Assembly: GCF_006345805.1 (NCBI RefSeq)
Contig: NW_021829602.1
Location: 1 to 37,150, forward strand
Source of the DNA: Octopus sinensis
Lineage: Eukaryota
DNA length: 37,150 bases
Direction of reading: 5' to 3'
Below are positions 23,032 through 34,912 of this stretch, piece after piece. The notes beneath the pieces are model-generated. The model searched no databases. It saw nothing but the letters and a program-made list of their open reading frames with translations, and was not told the DNA's origin. Within the stretch, counting starts at the first letter, position 1, and every line of letters starts with the position of its first letter. The position numbers and the translations under genes were made by a program.

Positions 23032-24041
23032 AATATTGTATTGTATCCCAGAGTACGACATTGTATTGGATCTTAATAGCGAAAGCCTTCATTGATTAGC
23101 TTTTATCGGCAACCGGACATATTACAGCCATTTGCTTCAATTTTTTCTCTTCATTAATTACCTTCAAAAATTTTGATTTCAGGTAATAAGAAACCTCGCC
23201 TGGAACCCATTATAACATTTTGCTGTAAACGTCAAATGTAAGCAACAAGAATTTGAGATGGGAGTATTGGTTTACTTTATAGAATTACTTTACTGACATT
23301 CAGGTTTAATGCAATCGTGAGCTAGAGAGATGTTAAAATGGTATATCGAGGACGGTAGAACATAGAACGAAATGATTTGTAAAAATTTAGCTACAAAAAA
23401 AAAAAAAAAGAAAAAACTTGAAGGAAAAAATCTTTAATGAATTCAGTTGCTGATAATAACTAATTAACGAAAATTGCAATTGCAAAGGTGTTAAGGCTTT
23501 TGCTATTAAGAACAAAATAACGTTTTTGTGCTGTAATACAATATCTTAGTCTGATAAGTTCTACGAAAGCTGAAATACCGAAACATTTGAAGCTGATCTA
23601 CCTAAAAACTATTCTTATATACGACTGTGTGGTTAAGGGAAATGAAGGGCAAAACAGTTTGGTACCATCAAAAAGCCGATGCATTAACAGCTTTGTTAAT
23701 CTAACACCCTGATTCGGTTCTTTATTGATGGTGAAAGAATGAGATGCAAAGTTAAGCTTGGCAGGATTTGAGCTCAGACACATGGAATAAATAACACGAA
23801 GCATTCCACCCGACGCTTTAACATTTCTGCCGACTAAAGAAAGATTCAGTAATAGATTGAATTCAAATGTCTACTACACCTACTTTCTTTCAATTTTGTG
23901 AGGACTAAAATTAAGAAATCGCCATTATTACACGGCAGAATGAATAAGCGGCTGATAGAAAGTGTAGGGCAGTGTCGGGGAACTTGTGAACCTTCAATAG
24001 AGCTTGTTGGGAGCTTCTAAAAAAAAAAAAAATGATATCGT

Positions 24042-24526
24042 AAACTGATTAGTTAGGCGTCCATTCAGAAAGTGCCGTGGGTGGGCTGTAGTTTGCCCAT
24101 GCCTAATCAATAGAATAGAGGTAAAAAATATGCGCAGGAGTGGCTGTGTGGTAAGTAGCTTGCTAACCAACCACATGGTTCCAGGTTCAGTCCCACTGCG
24201 TGGCATCTTGGGCAAGTGTCTTCTGCTATAGCTCCGGGCCGACCAATGCCTTGTGAGTGGATTTGGTTGACGGAAACTGAAAGAAGCCTGTCGTATATAT
24301 GTATATATATGTGTGCGTGTGTGCCTGTGTTTGTCCCCCTAGCATTGCTTGACAACCGATGCTGGTATGTTTACGTCCCCGTCACTTAGCGGTTCGGCTA
24401 AAGAGACCGATAGAATAAGTACTGGGCTTACAAAGAATAAGTCCCGGGGTCGAGTTGCTCGATTAAAGGCGGTGCTCCAGCATGGCCGCAGTCAAATGAC
24501 TGAAACAAGTAAAAGAGTAAAGAGTA
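24042..24526 (+). mobile_element. Family-B SINE plus 5' leader, apparently inserted as one unit
   Basis: atatcgt at 24035-24041 and 24527-24533 brackets leader + SINE. Confidence 0.8.
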
Positions 24527-26216
24527 ATATCGTTTGAAGGGAAAATCATTATCATGGAATAAACTTTGCTTGATTTCATTTTTACCTAAGGTCTACCGCC
24601 ATACACCACACACACACAGACACGCGCGCGCGCACACACAGGCATGTATGTATCATACGGTTGACTGAACAACTGAAACAAGTGAAAGAGATGTGTGTGT
24701 GTATATGTGTATGTATATCTTGTCTATTTTTTTTTATTAACTAATTGAGAATATTTACAATCGACAAAAATTCTTTATCTATATTCGTAATTAATAAGAG
24801 TTATACTCTAAACATGGAAGCCCGAAGTTTTCGAAAAACATAAAATAAATAAATAAAAATACGGTGATAATGGTTATAGCAAAGCTGCGTATTTAAAAAA
24901 AAATTTTGTAAGAATTTTTATAAGTTGTAAAATATTTCATAAAAACTTATAAGTTTCTTATAAAAAGACATCAGCTATGAAATAACTCATGACATTAAAA
25001 AAAATAATAGGAATAGTAGTTTAATTATCTTTCTTTTTCTTTTGGAAATGTGATCTTGTTAACACAGTCTTCGACTATGAAACGATTCCTCACCCCTCCC
25101 GTAGAGCAACGGAGTTTGCTTCTCGATGTACTGAGCTCAAACGCCATTAGATGCTTTATCTCTCGTTTGTCGAGAGTCAGTAAAACGTTTACCGCTCAGC
25201 TATATTGGCGGGAAAACTCGATTGCCAGTTCACCAATTCTCTTACAAGACTTGTGTCCGTGTGTCAATAAGTATTAAAAATCAATCGGCATTAAAATCCA
25301 TTGAAAGATTAATTACTGCTTAGCCATTCCATACCATTTTAGTAAAGTGGAAGCAATAAAATCGATTGATAAAATTGATTGATTAAACTACAGCTACACT
25401 TATAAATAAACATCTAAAATTTAAAATTTTTTCGTACAACAAAAGGTCAGACTCGCTCCCATTCTGCATGCAAATTTCTTATTAAATTTAATTAATTAAA
25501 TTAATTAAAAATTCGGCGTTGTGACCCTTGCCTTTTTTTTTGACCAAAGTTAGTAATTTAGAGAATTATTTATTCTTATTACAAAGAATGAAATTTTAAT
25601 TAATAAAACTTTCTTGGCTCACAATTTATACACTTTGCCGACTTTACTATTGATTGTTCACGAAGAAGGCGTCCCTAGGTATTTTGCTACCAGTCATTCT
25701 AAGCCCTAATTTGAGACAGGAACAAATAATTAATAACAAGCTCCCTAATGCAAATCAAACACCCGAATCTATTGCAAATTATGGACTATAAGTGCAGACA
25801 CATTGCAATCTGGTTGCCCGGAAAGTGATAGCGTAATTGGTAACGCTGTTGCTGGACAAGTGATTGTGTGATTGATAACACCGTGAGCCTGGCTAACAAT
25901 AGTTAATTTAAGGTAACACGGTTTGCGGTAAAGTGATAGTCTCTGGTAAGATAGTTACCTTATTAGTGACAGATAACAACTGTAAGACACAATTTTTGTT
26001 CTTGGTTAGCGACTGTTATTTCCTATTTACTTACCACTAGAAAGTCTGAAAAAGGGGTAATATTTCCTTCAAACTTTGCTTTTGTAACATTCATTCAAAC
26101 CCCAGAGGATCCCTCTCAACACATGGTTGTGATGTTCCCCCACTACACCTGCTTATTAACAAAGATGCACATATTGTCAGCCACTAAGGGATATGCTCAA
26201 GTGGTTAAAGTCAAAC

Positions 26217-26360
26217 CGAGGTCGACTTTGCCTTTCATCCTTTCGGGGTCGATAAATTAAGTACCAGTTACGCACTGGGGTCGATATAATCGACTGAATC
26301 CGTTTGTCTGTCCTTGTTTGTCCTCTCTGTGTTTAGCCCCTTGTGGGTAGTAAAGAAATA
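26217..26360 (+). mobile_element. 5'-truncated family-A SINE with a perfect 14-bp TSD
   Basis: ggttaaagtcaaac at 26203-26216 and 26361-26374. Confidence 0.92.
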
Positions 26361-26864
26361 GGTTAAAGTCAAACAGCTGGCAAACAAATCTGTGGTATTG
26401 AGTGGAATATTTGCTATAACGATATTTCTGATTCAACAGTTCAGCGCTAAATCTGTGTGAAATATAATGAAAAATAGGCCATTGATGTCCAGGACGCGAA
26501 CGAAAAGTTTGAAGGCAATGGTAGTGATTTCCTTTGATTTCTAGATAGAAGCAAATAAGAAATAACACTGATTGACCAAAGACGAAAAAATGAATAATAA
26601 ATGAATATAAATTTTGTTAAACTAGTATAAAGTTATCACGATTGCCAGGCTAGCGATTGGTAACGTGGTTACCAGGCTAATGACAGTATTGCTTGGCTAG
26701 TGATAGATAACATCTGATTAGCAACGGTATGATTGAAAACGCAGTTGTCTTGAAAAGGATAGTGAGATTAATAACGCATTACAAGTGATAAATAATGCGA
26801 GTGGTTACACAGTTACTTGGCGGTAGTCTCGTTGATATACTACAGAATATAGCTAACATTCTAA

Positions 26865-27337
26865 GGCGTAGGAGTGGCTGTGTGGTAAGTAGCTTGCTTA
26901 CTAACGACATGGTTCCGGGTTCAGTCCCACTGCTTGGCACCTTGGCAAGTGTCTTCTACTATAGCCTCGGGCCGACCAAAGCTCTGTGAGTGGATTTGGT
27001 AGACGGAAACTGAAAGAAGCCCGTCGTATATATGTATATATATATATAATATATAGATATATTATATATATATGTATGTGTGGTGTGTGGTGTGTGTGTG
27101 TATGCTTGTGTGTGTGTGTGTGTATGTAAGTTTGTGTGTCTGTGTTTGTCCCCCCCAACATCGCTTGACAACCGATGCTGGTGTGTTTACATCCCCGTAA
27201 CTTAGCAGTTCGGCAAAAGAGACCGATAGAATAAGTACTAGGCTTACAAAGAATAAGTCATGGGGTCGATTTGCTCGAATAAAAAGGCGGTGCTCCAGTA
27301 TGGCCACAGTCAAATGACTGAAACAAGTAAAAGAGTA
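26865..27337 (+). mobile_element. Family-B SINE, full length, no leader
   Basis: Head, internal microsatellite and tail are all present. Confidence 0.9.
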
Positions 27338-27554
27338 ATACAGCGTTGCTTAAAATCTTTCGTGGTATTCCATAGAAACCCTTTTAAAACACCAATAATT
27401 TTATTCTAATTTCATCTTAAGGTAATAAAATATATTTTATAGAAGCACCAAGAAATTTCGTAAAAGTTGAATTATACTTGTTGTATGTATCTCAGATATT
27501 ACCAAAAGTAGCAAACGTTCAATCCCCGGGTTAAAATTCTAGTTATTAATGATA

Positions 27555-27755
27555 TTGGTTTCACATTTTAGCACAAGTTCAGTAACTTCGGTGGCAAGTC
27601 AACCAGATCGACCCCAGTGCTCAACTGGTACTTGTTTTATCTACCCCGAAAGAATAAAAAGGTAAAGCCGCGGTGTCGGAATTTGAACTCAGAACGTAAA
27701 GACGAGCGAAATGACACTAGGCATTTTGCTCGGCGTGCTAACGATTCTGCCAGCT
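27555..27755 (-). mobile_element. Family-A SINE
   Basis: gaatttgaactcagaacgtaaagacg..gcattttgctcggcgtgctaacgattctgccagc. Confidence 0.8.
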
Positions 27756-28076
27756 TACTCGAAGTAAAGTAATGTACCACAGTACTTAGTAGTTTTTTTC
27801 AAAATTTGGTACTTCCTCTGTCGGGGTCTTTTGTTGAACTGGTAAGTTATGGGAAGGTAAACTAACCAACAACGGTTGTCAAGCGATGTTCAAGAACCAA
27901 TTGAAGGGCAAATTTTCGATCCTGGGATCATCCTGGTTCCAAGAAGGAATATGTCTATGTAGAGCAAATGTAGAGTGAAATACAGGGGTCCCGGACAGAC
28001 AAAATTTCGCGTTTATTTTTACTATCTATATATTATATATCCATATGTATGTAATATATATATATATATATATATA

Positions 28077-28109
<33 letters not shown>

Positions 28110-28242
28110 TATCCATATATATATATATATTATATATATATATATATATATATCTCCATATATACATATATCCATATATATATATATCCATATATATAAT
28201 ATCCATATATATATATATTATATATATATATATATAATATAT

Positions 28243-28276
<34 letters not shown>

Positions 28277-29043
28277 CCATATATATATCCATATATATAT
28301 CCATATATATAGGAAATTCATTTTTGGACTTCTTCTATCGAAGGCATTCTAACGAAAATGCTTCCGTATAAACGGTGAAAATATTGTCAATTTCCCCAAA
28401 CAAGGACACTATTCAATTTTTAAACAATAACCAAGGCTCCTTCTCCCAAAGGGGGTGGTTTACAATTATTTAACAAATGCAACACAACAACGTTTCCCTT
28501 ACGAGGAACCAACAAACTTGATAACATTAGTTAAACAGTAATAATAATAACAACAAACCTTACGGTGAATTAAAAAGCAGTACGCAGTTGAAGCTATAGT
28601 CCTTTAAGTTTAAGAAATAAACCAACAGCAGTACTCAGTAGAAGCGGCTGTTCGAGAAAACAGACATTACGTACAGCCAAACTTCATATAGATACTTAAT
28701 GCTAGCTACTTAGCAGTTAATCTAATGTAAAAGCCGTGGTAAACGGTTTCTGCACAGCTCCATCTGGACTATTCCATTTCTGCACACCAATTTTATTTTT
28801 AATTTATTCCCATTCATGTGAAACCACTTATTTACGTTCAAGTCATTGATGCAATTTTATACCAATTGCTATTTTTACTTTTGTTATGTTACGATTATAT
28901 TATACTTTAGTTTGATTTTAATTATTACTTACTACATATAATTCAATTGTTATTATTATCTCTAATTTTTATTGTTAAAGTGAAAGTATCTGACATAAAA
29001 TAGAGAAATGTTTTTGTTTCACTTTTAACACGTAATACTGAAA

Positions 29044-29380
29044 TAGTGGAGACGATATGATATTGCTATGGGCTCGCCCAGGCAAGAAGTTAAACATTTT
29101 TTTTTGCCCATGAATCTACATGGACCCTAAGTAAGTCATGTGTAAAATGTGAATGAAATTGGTTGTGTAGTTCTCGAGTTTTAGGGAATCGTAGTGGAGA
29201 AGATATGATATTGCTGTGGGCTCGCCCTAGGCAAAAAATTAAAAATTCTTTTGCCGATGATACTCTCCCGGACCCTAAGTAAGGCATGTGTAAAATGTGA
29301 ATGAAATTGGTTGTGTAGTTCTCAAGTTTTAGGGAAACACACAGACAGACACACATTCTCAGTTTTATATATATAGAAGA
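29044..29380 (-). mobile_element. Non-autonomous Helitron-like element, 5' part, with two 148-bp tandem units
   Basis: Minus strand starts TCTATATATATAAAACTGAGAATGTGTGTCTGTCTGTGTG, a layout typical of Helitron-N/Lep1-like 5' ends. Tandem units begin at 29044 and 29192. No 3' CTRR end found. Confidence 0.55.
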
Positions 29381-30611
29381 TATATATATATAATCCAAAA
29401 TTTGTATAATTATATATATATATCTATATATATATCTATATATATATATAATATATATATATATATATTATATATATATATATGCACGCGCTCGTGCAGA
29501 CATACACACACATACACGACAGGCTTCTTTCAGTATTCTGTACTAAATTCACTCACGAGGCATTGATCGGCCCGGGACTATAATTGAGACACTTGCCCAA
29601 GGAGCATACAAATATTGATATAAGCATACTTGCAGCGGCCCTTGGTCAAATGAAACATTATCTTTAATCATGTGTGATTAAGAAAAAAGTAAGTTGATAT
29701 AAATGGATGTAGATAATGGAGTTAGTTTAAAAGTGAAAGAAAAAAATACAAAGATGGAGACCGTCGAATTTGTTTGGAAACTGTAATAATTGTGATTTGA
29801 TTGGTACGAAGTAGACGGATCGTAGGACCTTTAAGATGGAAGCATGCATTGAAACACAGTGCCCTAACAACTGGGTTAAACACATACACAAGACCAAAAA
29901 CAAATAAAAAAAATGAACAAAAATAGAATTAAAAAGTGAAAAACCCTAAAGATAAAAATAAGCGGCAAGCGATAGGGAGGATTGTTTGTTTTAGTAATTA
30001 TCCCGTTCTAAAGATGAAACGGATATTGCTAACAGCTTGTGAATGAGACGACCTTAAGTTGATATGTAAGAGATATGTCATAAATACGCCTATAAACCTT
30101 CAAAAGGGGGAAATGATGTAGGCCACTAACTCTAAAAACAAGTATTCTTTCCAAGTATTTATCCAATTCGAGCCAATTTTATAATTTCGTTTATCATAGT
30201 TTGATAGCATCTAAATGCTAGTTGAACATGGCCGATATGATAAGTTGTTCGCTTGTTGGTTAAAATAAGTCTGCTATTTGTCCGTGTTCGTTAGCATTGT
30301 GCTGCGTGTATGAATGACCAGTACAACTCAATTTATTTAAGGTTACGTGAAGTGTAGCCAAAAAAACAAAACAAAAAAAAAAAAACATGAAAAAACGTCC
30401 CAAACTCAAAAGTCTTGATGAATATTTCAATAGCAAACGCGCAATGTTCATCAGGTCAAACTATGATGGCGAATAATACAATAATCACTGTAAAACATTT
30501 GCTACATGGAAACAGAATTATAACCAACTTAATCTCACTAGCTCCACACCAATGACCGTGTAAATCATGGGAGGTTTTTCTGACGCATATTGTAGTATAG
30601 GATGCTATATG

Positions 30612-31011
30612 ATTGGTTTCAAATTTTGACACAAGGCCATCGACTTCGGGGTGCGAGTAAGCCGATTACATCGACCCCAGTGCGTAACTGGTACTTAATT
30701 TATCGACCCCGAAAAGATGAAAGGCAAAGTCGACCTTTGCGGAATTTGAACTCAGAACGTAACGGCAGACGAAGTACCTATTACTTTACTACCTACAAGG
30801 GGCTAAACACAGAGAAGACAAACAAGGACAGATATACGGATTAAGTCGATTATATCGACCCCAGTGCGTAACTGGTACTTAATTTATCGAGCCCGAAAGG
30901 ATGAAAGGCAAAGTCGACCTCGGTGGAATTTGAACTCAGAATGTAGCGGCGGACGAAATACCGCTAAGCATTTCGCCCGGCGTGCTAACGTTTCTGCCAG
31001 CTCGCTGTCTT
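30612..31011 (-). mobile_element. Dimeric family-A SINE
   Basis: Junction at 30777/30778 reads aaagtaatag|gtacttcgtc on the minus strand, the same junction as 22279/22280. Confidence 0.85.
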
Positions 31012-31029
31012 AGCTTTCACCTTAAACTT

Positions 31030-31215
31030 TGGTTTTAAATTTTGGCACAAGACCAGTAATTTTGGGGGATGGGGTAAGTTGATTACACCGACCCCAATGC
31101 TCAAGTGGTACTTGTTTTATCGAGCTCGAAAAGATGAAAGACAAAGTCGACCTGAAACCGGAACAAATGCCGCTAAGCATTTTGTCTGGCGTACTAACGA
31201 TTCTGCTAGTTCGAC
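31030..31215 (-). mobile_element. Family-A SINE with internal deletion
   Basis: Core gaaaagatgaaagacaaagtcgacc plus head remnant. Confidence 0.7.
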
Positions 31216-32222
31216 ATCCTATAGTGGCATATAATTAATTTATGTATATACCAATGCTTTTTGAAAACATTACTCACTTATAAAACAAAAAGTAATTATT
31301 ATAAAAGGATAATAAAAACAAACGGTAGAACATTAGCTACATGTAGACACCATTATTATTTGCGTAACTTTATTAGTAGCTCATCAATAGCCATGTGAAA
31401 TATGGGATGTTTTTCTGCCGCATACTGTAGAACAGCGAACCGTATGTCTAGTAATCTTGGGAGTAATGCTCTATTTTAAAACGCTATTCCTTCATGGGAC
31501 AAAACGGGACAAGGGCTCACTACTGCTTGCGTCGGTTCTTACACAATACATCCTTCATCCGGCCACCAGACCTAGCTGGATCAAATCTAGTCTTGTGCCC
31601 TAGCGGCGCTCTACTGACCATTACTGATCACTTCTTTCTAAGCAACCTCTACGTTGTTCTTCATGGTTCTCCTAGTCATTCCTGAAATATATGTAAGAAT
31701 GTACGTACCTAAATACATACATATTTTAAGGTAGTAAAAAGGACCTTAGCGTCTATTTCTAACGGTGCGTGGGGAGGCATAAAGCTGATCCCTTGTTATA
31801 ATTATGTATATAATTTGTAAATACATACACATATATGTCACGTTTTTTTTTTATTCTGGACTTTAATAATTTCGATATACAATACACACAGCCACACTCG
31901 CTGAAGAAGACGACGCTGACGACGGCAATGATGATGACGAGGACGACGACGACGACGATGATGATTAATGTTGATGATTAAAAATAGTAATTTCAGTGTT
32001 TTGGTTTTTCTATAGCAACCATTCATGCAGTTGTTACTTAGCATTAATTAACGAATCAAGCTGAATGTTATGCTTGTCATAGAAACTGTTTTTATTGCAC
32101 ATATTTTTGTAAAATATACATTTATATTAAATTAAATCAGAGTAGGTTTTTCTAACCGGAGCATTCAGTCTCGCCCACTCAACAACTGATAATGATGAAA
32201 ATGATAATTAATAATAATAACA

Positions 32223-32645
32223 ATTCTTTCTACTATAGGCACAAGGCCTGAAATTTGGCGGGGGTGGTGTGGGGGCTAGTCGATTATATCGCCCGCCTTA
32301 CGAAACTAGCACTTATTTCATCGACCCCGGAACGATGAAAGATAAATTCGACCTCAGCGGAATTTCAACTCAGAATATGTAAAGGCATTTTGCCCGGCAT
32401 GCTAACGATTCTTATTTCTTTATTGCCCACAAGGGGGTAAACATAGAGGGGACAAACAAGAACAGACAAAAGGATTAAGTCGACTACATTGACCCCAGTG
32501 TATAACTGGTACTTAATTTATCGACCCCGCAAGGATGAAAGGCAAAGTCGACCCCGGCGGAATTTGAACTCAAAACGTAACGGCAGACGAAATACCGCTA
32601 AGCATTTCGCCCGGTGTGCTAACGATTCTGCCACTGCCAGCCCGC
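32223..32645 (-). mobile_element. Dimeric family-A SINE
   Basis: Junction at 32411/32412 reads aaagaaataa|gaatcgttagc on the minus strand, the same junction as 22463/22464. Confidence 0.85.
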
Positions 32646-32726
32646 AGAACAATGATGATGATGATGATGATGATTTCCAATTTAATTTTGGCATAGCTTA
32701 AATAACAGCAACAACAGCAGCAGCTA

Positions 32727-32918
32727 GTGGAGGCGAAATGGCCCAGCGGTTAAGGCAGTGGACTCGCGGTCGTAAAAACGCGGTTTCGATTCCCAGATCG
32801 GGCATTGTGAGCATTTATTCAGTAAAAACATCTTAGCTCCACGAGTCTCCGGCGTGAGGTGGTGGTCCTTGCTGTACTCTTTCACCACAACTTTCTCTCA
32901 CTCTTTCTTCCTACTTCT
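32727..32918 (+). mobile_element. 5' half of a family-C SINE
   Basis: Aligns with 5873-6070 up to ctctttcttcct, then diverges into unrelated sequence. Confidence 0.8.
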
Positions 32919-33194
32919 GCCACAAATCAGAGGAACCATGGTGTGACCCACTATGGTGTGGTGAACTTTCAGATCCTAGTCTAGATTGCGAATCCTCTGT
33001 ACCCCAGGGTGGTTCAGCTCTCCACCGTTTACGGGATGAGGATAACAACGTAGCTTTCACGCCCGTGTGCACCGCCAGTCTATCGTGTGTGGTGGGTGGA
33101 TCTTCAAGTTGCCACACGCATTCTTAGTAGCTTAGAGATTATTCTTTGTGGCTAATGGCGTGAGTCCTGATTGGAAGAAGACAACAGCAGCTCA

Positions 33195-33225
<31 letters not shown>

Positions 33226-33377
33226 CAACAACAACGATTTGTGATTTAGGTACCAGGATTGGAACTTTGAAGGGAGACAACTTAATCCGTTACAGTGACC
33301 TCAGTCAGTAAATGATTGGCATATTACGTTATCGATGTCGAAAGGTAGGAAAATAAATAAATGAATACATTGATAAA

Positions 33378-33775
33378 GGAGATGGCGATGATGATGATGT
33401 TGATGAGTATGATGATGATGATGATATGATGATGACGATGACGCTGCTACTGCTGGTGTTGATGATGATGATGATGATGGTGATGACGACAATGATGAAG
33501 ACGACGTGGACAATGATGATGATGACGATGATGACGGTATTGATGTTTCTCATGAGGACGACGATAACGATGACAACAATGATGATGATGATGATGATGA
33601 TCATCATCATCATCATCACATCACCACCGCTACCACCACTAGCACCACCACCATCATCATCTTCACCATCATCGTCCTCCTCCTCCTCATCATCATCATC
33701 ATCGTCGTCGTCGTCGTCGTCATCATCATCACCATCATCATCATCATCAATATCATCATAGTTATCATCATCATC

Positions 33776-33806
<31 letters not shown>

Positions 33807-33900
33807 TTATCATGACCATCACCATCATCATCATCATCAACATCATCATAGTCATCGTCATCATCACTATCATCATCATCATCGTCGTCGTCATCATCAT
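33378..33900. repeat. Head-to-head (GAT)n/(ATC)n triplet array
   Basis: GAT-rich up to 33600, CAT-rich from 33601; source of the poly-D/M/I/S/H ORFs. Confidence 0.95.
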
Positions 33901-34418
33901 ATAAGGTAAACGACGACAATTTTTCAAAATTCCTCTTCAGCCAACATCTCTTCCTTTACCCGTATTGCCTATTGACGCAAATATTTGATAAAAAAAAAGT
34001 AACGACAATCTGACGAAATACGTAGGTGAGCAAGTCGTAAAATTGGAAGTCGTCATTTAATTTCTTTGTTTTTCTTCTTTTTCTTTTTCTTCTCAACACC
34101 ATCATCAATACCTTCACCGCTCCCGTCTTTCCTTTCAATGCCAAACAACCATCGACAGGAAATAGAGCGTCATGGCGCATTTCTCAGTATCCTGAAACAG
34201 AAGGAAATTCGTTACTATTTTTAGATCCGATGCACCTAAGAATCCTGTGGAATTTAATTTCGGATAGTTAGTAAATTACTTGAAATATGTTAAAATGTCG
34301 GTGGCGTATTGATGATATTAACAACGCCTCTCTCGCTCTCTTTCTCTCTGTCTCTCTCTGTCTCTCTCTGTCTCTCTTTCTCTTCCTCCTTCCCTCTATC
34401 TATCTATCTATCTATCTA

Positions 34419-34471
<53 letters not shown>

Positions 34472-34540
34472 CTAAAAAATTAGAGCAAGTTTTGTGTCTT
34501 ATAAAAAGAAACAACAACAGCAACAACAACAACAACAACA

Positions 34541-34587
<47 letters not shown>

Positions 34588-34769
34588 CACTACTACTACT
34601 ACTACGTCAACGTCATCGTCGTAATATTTACTATTCTTTTCGATTGTGTATGCTCACTCTCCCAGAGGTTGAATATGTACTAGTTAACTGCTATTATGTG
34701 ATATTTAATTTAAGTAAAATACACACACCATGTATATATATATAATGTACATATGTGCATGTATATATA

Positions 34770-34824
<55 letters not shown>

Positions 34825-34912
34825 ATATAATATATATATATATAATATATATATACATATACATATATGTACATCCACATATGTATATATATATTATATA
34901 TATATATATATA

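Noticed and set aside
25050-25277. 75-aa ORF in a GC-richer patch
   Set aside because: No recognisable motif, non-ATG start and no convincing splice pair; cannot be supported without a search.
22397-32701. Recurrent peptide YRPRKDERQSRPRRNLNSER in several ORFs
   Set aside because: Antisense translation of the family-A SINE core; it is not a protein domain.
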